Assembly: GCA_009780375.1 (NCBI GenBank)
Contig: WRAD01000004.1
Coordinates: forward strand, 1 to 48,303
Reading direction: 5' to 3'
Length of the DNA: 48,303 bases
DNA from: Bacillota bacterium
GTDB taxonomy: Bacteria; Bacillota; Clostridia; Christensenellales; UBA1242
The translations under genes were made by a program, and so were the position numbers. The notes beneath the pieces are model-generated. The model had not been told where the DNA came from. It saw nothing but the letters and a program-made list of their open reading frames with translations, and searched no databases. Numbering within the stretch: position 1 is the stretch's first letter; each line of letters starts with the position of its first letter. Positions 20,981 to 28,200 of the stretch are shown here, in pieces.

Positions 20981-22780
20981 TTAATTAAGGACCGCTTTTA
21001 TCCGTCTTACTCCTGCGGACACACTTTCTTCTTTTTGAATTTTAAAAGCACCAAGTTCAGAGGTTTTATTTACATGTGGCCCACCACAGAATTCAACAGA
21101 AGAAAATTGAGGTGACGTGATTGAATAGATTTTAACAACGTCACCGTATTTTGAATTGAAAACACCAATTGCACCTTTTAATCGGGCATTTTCTACATTC
21201 ATTTCCTCAACAATAATATCAAGATCTTGTGCAATGATTTCATTGACACGTACTTCAACAACATTCAATTCATCCGCCGTCATTTTATGATCAAGATTGA
21301 AATCGAAACGAAGCCGTTCAGGCGTTATATTAGATCCTTTTTGATGAAGGTCGAATCCATATATTGAACGAAGAACGGAATGCAATATATGTGTTGCGGT
21401 ATGTAATTTAGTTGTTGCACCTGTTGTATCGGCAAGACCACCTTTGAATGCACCTGTGTTTGCGGTTTGACTTGCCAAGGTATGTTTTTGTTTTGCAATT
21501 GTAAATTCTTCCATGTTAATTGAGAGACCTTTTTCTTCACAGAGTTCTTTTGTAAGTTCTATTGGAAAACCATATGTCTCGTATAACCTGAATGCGGTTT
21601 TTCCAGAGAACACCGAATTTTGAGATATATCTTTGTGTACGAATTTAATAACTTTTTCAAATTCTTTAACACCTTGGTTTACAGTTTTAAAAAACTTGTC
21701 CTTTTCTTGGTTAAATACAAATTTTATATTCTCGACGCCGGTCGCAACTTGTTCATAATATTCTCCAAGATAGCCACAAAAAAAATCAATCAAGTTATCA
21801 AAGATTGTTTCAAGGTGACAATTTATTTCAAGTCTTTTAAGAACCGCCCTTCGTACAAGTCTTCTTAGAACATAACCTTGGCCTTTATTAGACGGAATTA
21901 TACCATCGGCTATCATAATAACCGCCGCACGAGTATGTTCGCAAATTATTCTGGCCGCCTGTTCGTTGTAAAAACCTGGATCGGCACTTGCCTTTACCTT
22001 ATCTATTGCAGGGGCGAATAGTTCAGTTTCGTAAACACTCTTATGACCGTTTACAAGACACAGGTTTCTTTCAAGGCCAAAGCCTGTATCGACATTACGT
22101 TGTTTGTTAAGTTTTGGTTTTTCACCTACATTTTCAATGATGTATTCCATAAACACATCGTTGCCAATTTCTACAAAGCGACCACAATTACAAGACGGAT
22201 TACAATTATCATTACACGAGTCTTTACCTGTATCATAAAAACTCTCGGTGCATGGCCCACATGGTCCTGTGCCTGAGGGAAGTTGCCACCAATTTTCACT
22301 CTTTGGTAAAAAATATATATGATCTTTGCCAACACCTTGATTAAGCCAGTACTCTGCACTCTCTGTATCTTTTGGAGAAACTTCGTCACCTTCAAAACAG
22401 GTTACATAAAGACGATTCGGATCAATATTAAGCCACTCCTTCCCCGTCATGAATTCCCAACTCCATGCGATTTTTTCTTTTTTAAAATAATCCCCAAGTG
22501 ACCAATTGCCCATCATTTCAAAAAAAGTCAAATGGTTTGGGTTCCCTACCTCTTCGATGTCACCCGTACGAATACATTTCTGTATATTACAAAGACGTTT
22601 GCCTTGTGGGTGACTTTCACCCATTAAATATGGAACAAGAGGGTGCATGCCACTGTTGATAAATAATACACTTGCATCGTTTTCTGGTACAACGGAAGCA
22701 GATGGAATCTGTGCATGGGTTTTTGCTTTGTAAAAGTCAATCCAAAGACTCTTAAGTTCTTTATAATTAAGTTTTTTCAT
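20981..22780 (-). CDS. alaS: alanyl-tRNA synthetase, short form without C-Ala (start moved to ATG 22780)
   Basis: LFINSGM, QKCIRTGD, HLTFFEMMGNWS.GDYFK, DTG.GLER, GYVLRRL.RRA, HTATH, CGGPHV, GVRRI.A. Confidence 0.96.
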   Translation of the reverse strand: MKKLNYKELKSLWIDFYKAKTHAQIPSASVVPENDASVLFINSGMHPLVPYLMGESHPQGKRLCNIQKCIRTGDIEEVGNPNHLTFFEMMGNWSLGDYFKKEKIAWSWEFMTGKEWLNIDPNRLYVTCFEGDEVSPKDTESAEYWLNQGVGKDHIYFLPKSENWWQLPSGTGPCGPCTESFYDTGKDSCNDNCNPSCNCGRFVEIGNDVFMEYIIENVGEKPKLNKQRNVDTGFGLERNLCLVNGHKSVYETELFAPAIDKVKASADPGFYNEQAARIICEHTRAAVIMIADGIIPSNKGQGYVLRRLVRRAVLKRLEINCHLETIFDNLIDFFCGYLGEYYEQVATGVENIKFVFNQEKDKFFKTVNQGVKEFEKVIKFVHKDISQNSVFSGKTAFRLYETYGFPIELTKELCEEKGLSINMEEFTIAKQKHTLASQTANTGAFKGGLADTTGATTKLHTATHILHSVLRSIYGFDLHQKGSNITPERLRFDFNLDHKMTADELNVVEVRVNEIIAQDLDIIVEEMNVENARLKGAIGVFNSKYGDVVKIYSITSPQFSSVEFCGGPHVNKTSELGAFKIQKEESVSAGVRRIKAVLN

Positions 22781-22924
22781 GCAAATATAATAACACATTT
22801 ACATGTGGTAACACAAAAAAATTTCAAGAATACACTGACGTAAGATGTGGCCGCATCCCAAGTACATACCGAACAAAGGGCCCGTTTGGCCTGTACTTTT
22901 TAACCAACATAAGGAGATTTTAAA

Positions 22925-23170
22925 ATGTTTCAAGAATTCATGGGTCGTATGACCGGAAGTGGCTGTGGATGTAATCCTTGCCGCCCAAGAGAAAGAAAAT
23001 GTATGCCTCAACTTAAAAGTTGTGACTTGCTTTGGATTATTATACTTTTAATGCTTGTACTTAATGGAAGTTTGTTTGGTATTGACCTTTGTACAATCGC
23101 AATCCTAGGACTTATCTTTGGACCACAACTTCTTTGCAGATTCCGTTGCCGTCCAGAGCCACGTTGCTAG
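22925..23170 (+). CDS. small Cys-rich membrane protein, possibly sporulation-related
   Basis: AAGGAG SD, GCGCNPC, two hydrophobic segments (LLWIIILLMLV), own terminator. Confidence 0.75.
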   Translation: MFQEFMGRMTGSGCGCNPCRPRERKCMPQLKSCDLLWIIILLMLVLNGSLFGIDLCTIAILGLIFGPQLLCRFRCRPEPRC

Positions 23171-23196
23171 GACACCCTATACACTTAAGAAATTTT

Positions 23197-23220
23197 AAAA
23201 GTGGCTTTAAAGCCACTTTT
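23197..23220. terminator. bidirectional intrinsic terminator
   Basis: AAAAGTGGCT-ttaa-AGCCACTTTT between convergent genes. Confidence 0.85.
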
Positions 23221-23255
23221 TAGTATTCAAGAAAATATATATGGACGTAAAACAT

Positions 23256-24371
23256 TTAACCACTATAATTCAATGCAACATCTGTAAATATTTTTGCACC
23301 TAGAGAAAGTGCCGAAAGGTCAAGTTTGAATATAGGTGTATGAATTGCATTGGTGCCAATATATTCAGAAGGTGTACAACCCAAGAGCACAAATGATGAT
23401 ACCGCCCCATTTTGTGCATAGTTAGAAAAATCTTCGCATCCAAAACTTGGATTTTCTATCCATTTTATTGCCATATATGGCAATGTAATTTGATTTATTA
23501 ATTCATTCATTCCCTTATTATTTACTACACTTGGGTACTCTTTCGCGATTTGGAAGTCAAATTTAACCACAAGCCCTGTCTCGTTTCCAACTTTCACACA
23601 TATGTTTCTCAGAGTTGTTATAAAATTATCGGCATCACTTGCACAAAGCACCCGTGCTTCGCCTGTCATTACACACTTTGTGTCAATGATATTGCCACTT
23701 CCTATACCTGATTTAATTTTACTTATATGTATACGTGCATCTTTTCGCCAAAGCTTTTCTACCTCGGTCAAAATTTTACTTGCCACATATATAGGATTTT
23801 TATTTGGTTTAACTTCTGCTATGTGACCGCCTGGTGCAGAAATTTCAATTGTAAATCTTGTACCAAGTGCGGTTAACACACCGTTTTTTAAACCTAATGT
23901 ACCTGCTGCAAGGCTTGGCCATACATGCATCGCAAAACATGCATCGACTCTAGGATTTTCAAGCACACCTTCATTCACAAGTTTTGATGCACCGCCTGCA
24001 CGCTCTTCACCTGGCTGGAATATAAATTTTACGTTGCAATTCAGTTTACTTTTATTACTGAAAATCTCTTTACTTGCGGCAAGCAACATTGCAACATGGG
24101 CATCATGTCCACAGGCATGCATATTATCATTTTTGGAACTGTATTCAAGTTCGGTTTTTTCCTTGATCGGCAATGCATCAATATCCGCACGAAGCAAAAT
24201 TGTTTTGTCTTTACCAACGTCAATTAACCCGACGACTCCTGTACCACAAATCACTTTGAATGGAATTCCTATTTTACAAAGTTCTTGTTGAATTAATTTA
24301 GATGTTTCGAATTCTTCAAATGCAAGTTCTGGGATTTGATGAAGTCTTTTATAAAGTTGTTCAACACTCAT
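23256..24371 (-). CDS. M20D family amidohydrolase
   Basis: LHQIPEL.FEE, LRADIDALP, MHACGHDAH, FQPGEE, EDF, H.P.F. Confidence 0.93.
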   Translation of the reverse strand: MSVEQLYKRLHQIPELAFEEFETSKLIQQELCKIGIPFKVICGTGVVGLIDVGKDKTILLRADIDALPIKEKTELEYSSKNDNMHACGHDAHVAMLLAASKEIFSNKSKLNCNVKFIFQPGEERAGGASKLVNEGVLENPRVDACFAMHVWPSLAAGTLGLKNGVLTALGTRFTIEISAPGGHIAEVKPNKNPIYVASKILTEVEKLWRKDARIHISKIKSGIGSGNIIDTKCVMTGEARVLCASDADNFITTLRNICVKVGNETGLVVKFDFQIAKEYPSVVNNKGMNELINQITLPYMAIKWIENPSFGCEDFSNYAQNGAVSSFVLLGCTPSEYIGTNAIHTPIFKLDLSALSLGAKIFTDVALNYSG

Positions 24372-24946
24372 ATTATCACCTCTTGTTCTATTTTATCATA
24401 ATTTGCCAATTGAATAAAACCGTCATCAGTTAAACATGTTATAATCTCTTCGGCAAAGTTATCATATATATCGCCCAAATATTTCGCATTTGGATAAACT
24501 TGTTGGTATTCTTCTGAGAGTGGCGTAAAATCATAATATTTTTGATATCCAAGTGTATTTAAAAACAATCCTTGGGATTCGGTGTTGGTTTGAAATACAT
24601 TGGCAATTATATGTGTCATGCCAAGTTCGGTTGCCCTTTGTTTTAAAATATGTTCAAGTTGTCCACCATAGCCTTTTCTTCGTTCATTCTTTTGCACCAT
24701 TACTTTGCCTACTTCGCCAACGCTCTCGGAATGTTTCATTAACACGGCGGTTGCAATCGCATGTTCATCTTTGAACATAAGTGCAACATCAACAACTTTT
24801 TCAAGGCCATCAAATGGTCCCACTACACCTTGTGCTCTTGCTCTATTATCTTTTTTTGATTCCTGATAAAATTCATAAAGTAATCTTAAAAACTCGGGGT
24901 CATTTGTATCTGTTAATACTATGTAAGGTTCTTCATATTGTTTCAT
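24368..24946 (-). CDS. GNAT family N-acetyltransferase
   Basis: V....RRKGYG acetyl-CoA motif A, N..S..LF...LGY; ATGA overlap with M20 gene. Confidence 0.85.
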   Translation of the reverse strand: MKQYEEPYIVLTDTNDPEFLRLLYEFYQESKKDNRARAQGVVGPFDGLEKVVDVALMFKDEHAIATAVLMKHSESVGEVGKVMVQKNERRKGYGGQLEHILKQRATELGMTHIIANVFQTNTESQGLFLNTLGYQKYYDFTPLSEEYQQVYPNAKYLGDIYDNFAEEIITCLTDDGFIQLANYDKIEQEVII

Positions 24947-25017
24947 TCTTATTTCTCCTATTAATCATTTTATTTTTTGTTTTGTTTTTATGTTATTCTG
25001 ATGGGTAAACCAGATAC

Positions 25018-25059
25018 AAAAAAAATCCGACTTTCTGCTTAGTGTTAGAGAAAGTCGGA
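25018..25059 (-). terminator. attenuator terminator in the GNAT 5' leader
   Basis: TCCGACTTTCT-12 nt-AGAAAGTCGGA followed by T8 on minus strand, about 70 nt upstream of the GNAT start. Confidence 0.8.
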
Positions 25060-25096
25060 ATTAATTAATTTAATATTACTTATGAAGTATATTCAT

Positions 25097-25177
25097 TCAC
25101 ATGCATAACAAATTACATTCGAATTTCTCTCGAATGTAATTATTATTTGTAATTCTTGCAAATGATTTACCCATCAT
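25097..25177 (-). CDS. putative 26-aa leader peptide MMGKSFARITNNNYIREKFECNLLCM
   Basis: ATGATG 5-8 nt after a TATAAT; overlaps a 12-bp hairpin; ends just before the attenuator terminator. Confidence 0.55.
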   Translation of the reverse strand: MMGKSFARITNNNYIREKFECNLLCM

Positions 25178-25182
25178 AGATG

Positions 25183-25220
25183 ATTATATGATAAAACCCC
25201 TGCAATTGCAAGGGTTTTAT
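25183..25220 (-). promoter_or_regulatory. sigma-A promoter embedded in the terminator of the 1849-aa gene
   Basis: TTGCAA, 17 nt, TATAAT overlapping hairpin AAAACCCTTGCA/TGCAGGGGTTTT. Confidence 0.7.
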
Positions 25221-25249
25221 ATGATTCATTGAAAATTCAATAAATTGTT

Positions 25250-28200
25250 TTAAAATGCACGGCGTCTTCCAAAGATTTTTTTAAGTGGATAGCACGCAGC
25301 CCCAGCAACACCCGCGGCTCCTGCGGTCGCCACCCCAGCCATTGCTCCGGTTGACATTCCTCCATTAGATGAAGATGCGACAGCGGTTGCAATTTCGCCC
25401 ATATTTCTGTACTGGCCCGCGGTATTATTTGCATCTGCCATTCTTCGCACAAAAATCCTGTACATTGTAGGTGCGGTTAGATTTTCAAATACAAGGTTTG
25501 TTGTCCAATTATCATCATTAACTGTTTGTCCGTAACCAACAACCTGGAATTCAAGTTCACCACCAGTATTGTTACTTAGAACTGTTAACGTTATTGTGTT
25601 GTAGATTTGTTTGAAATCAACGTCAAATGCAAAATCAACTGGGGTAACCGTTATGGTTATTTGTCTGCGAACCGTTTCAAAATTCGCGTTTCCTGAATTA
25701 AAGATTGCAAAGAATTGACGTGTGCCAACAGTCCCAACCTGCAGTCCCGCATTTTCCCATGTCCAACCATTTGGAAGTGTAATTGCACTTAACAGACGGC
25801 CTGTGTGAAATGCCTGAGACGTAATAGATGGGATTGTATATTCAGGGATTGCCTTTGTAATAGTAAATGTTACAGGACGTGTAATTGGATTAAAGTTTGA
25901 ACCACGATTATAAACCGCATAAAATGTGTGTGTGCTTGCATCAAGTTCTTGGTCATTTGCAACCCAAGTCCAGTTAATTCCAAGTTCAATTGTGTGAAGC
26001 ATAAGTCCTTGCGTAAATATTCTTGAAACAGGAGTTGGTATAACAAAGTCTGTTGGATCGGTTGGAATAATGTCAAGGTAAACACGTCTTATCACTTCAT
26101 GAAATGTGTCATTTATGTCTGTATGCGAGAACCTTATAAGGAATACACGCATTATGCCTACATTACCAACCGCTTGAGCATTTCCTGCGACCCATGTCCA
26201 TCCATTAGTCAAATTGATTTGACCAAGTGTTGTGTTGTATTCAACGGTTGAAGGCATAAGTGGAAGTGTTGGGTAGACAAATACAGAAACTTCTCTTTCT
26301 CTTATTGAACCAAAGCCACTTTCGGTTGAATCAAACCTTATAAGAAATGTTCTTATTCCTGGATTACCGATTGCCCTATCCTGCTCGTCAAGTGACCAAC
26401 CACCACCAATTCCCGATGCGATATCAGAAATCATTGTTCCTGTTATAACAGGTGCGATTGTTGGTGTATTTACATTAGGATCCGCATAAGTTACATTTAC
26501 ATAAATTCTGCGTGTCACTGTTGTAAAGTTGTGCGTATCTTTTGGGGTATAGATAGCATAAAAGTAATTTGTTCCAATGTTACCAACCTGTTGGTCGCCG
26601 TCTTTCCATTCCCAACCTTCAGGCAATTTAACTGTGTAAAGCATTGTACCGAATTCTACAGGGTCTTCAAGAACAGGAAGATCATAGCCAGGTTCGATTT
26701 GCTTGACGGTGATTTGGATTTCTCTTACTACCGTTTCACCAGCGTATGTAAATGTAATACGGAAAGTATGTGCACCAACATTTCCAACAAGTTGATCGTT
26801 GCCCGCAAACCATATCCAACCGTTGATAAGGTGTTCAAGTTGTCCAAGTGTTGTGTTGAAATCCGCAGTCAAAGTTGTTGGGAAACTTGGGAATACAAGA
26901 ACAGTTACAGAAAATGTAACAGGTGCAAAGTTTGCATTTGATGGAGTGAATCTTATTTCAAAAGTTTCAAGTCCAATACGAAGTGTGCGATTTGAAGATA
27001 CAAGTTCCCAACCTTTTGCAAGTTTAATTCTTTCAAGTTCTGTGCCTTCCAACACTGGTTGGAATGTTGGTGAAACAATGTCTGGTGTTGCCTGGTTAAT
27101 TGTTATCGTTACAGGAACACGGACGGTCACATAATTAATCCCTAGACTCTTTACAAGTTCGGCATAAATTATATGCGTACCTGCATCAAGGAGAAGTTGC
27201 GTATATTCTGCCCATTGCCATTCACTTGGTAAAAGATGTGCAATGTCTTCAAGCGTAAGTCCGTCCTTGAACGTGTATGTGATTGCATCTGGCGGTGTAT
27301 AGTCATTAATTATCATTGGCAATACGGTAATCATAATGTTGCGTGTCGCAGGAAGATAATTTCCACATGGTGAAATAAAAGTTGCAGCAAAACCTCGTGG
27401 AGTCGTTGTTGCATCTCCAACGTTCCTATTTGGATTTATCCATGTCCAACCTGTGTCAAGTTCAATTTCGCGAAGGTACGTTCCTACCATAACTTCGAAA
27501 GATGGTGCAACAACTGTTGAAATTGCAGGTCTTACATATATCTCTATTTGAATTCTTACAGTTGTAAAGTTTTCTATATCACTTGGAGTGTAGATTGCCC
27601 AAAAACTGTTTGTACCTACGTTGCCTACAGGGAGATTTACATTTTCCCATTGCCATCCATCACCCAGAGCAATTGAACCAACAAGCCTTCCTTGTTCAAA
27701 TGTTTGGTTAGCAATAACAGGTGGAGTGTAAGAAGGCGTTGCACGCGTTATTGTTACAGATACCAATCGAGATACGGTAACAAAGTTTATACTTAGGCTT
27801 TGTTCGAGGTCGGCATAGAAACTGTGCGTGCCTACACTTAATATTTGATTTTCATTTTGCCAAACCCATCCGTCGGGAAGTTCAATGTCACCAAGTACAA
27901 GACCTGCACTGATTTCATATGTTATTGGCTCTGGGGTTTGATATTCAAGTGCTGCCGGAGTAACCGCAATTGATATATTGCGTTCAATTGTTAAGAAATT
28001 TCCATCAAGTGGTGTAAAGCGTGCAAGGAACAAGCGTGAAGATATTACACCACCAACAGATTGATTTGGGTTAACAAATGTCCAACCTGGGGATAGGGTT
28101 ATTTCACTTAACATTGTTCCGTACTGGACAGAAATGCCTGTTGGAATTATGTATGGTGGCTTGACTTGGGCAACGGTAATTTGAATTGTGCGTGTTACAG

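Noticed and set aside
22835-22900. ZTP riboswitch or hammerhead ribozyme
   Set aside because: Only partial word matches (ACTGACG); conserved cores absent.
24947-25180. T-box riboswitch ahead of GNAT
   Set aside because: No TGG.ACCGCG-type T-box or stem I motifs; leader-peptide model fits better.
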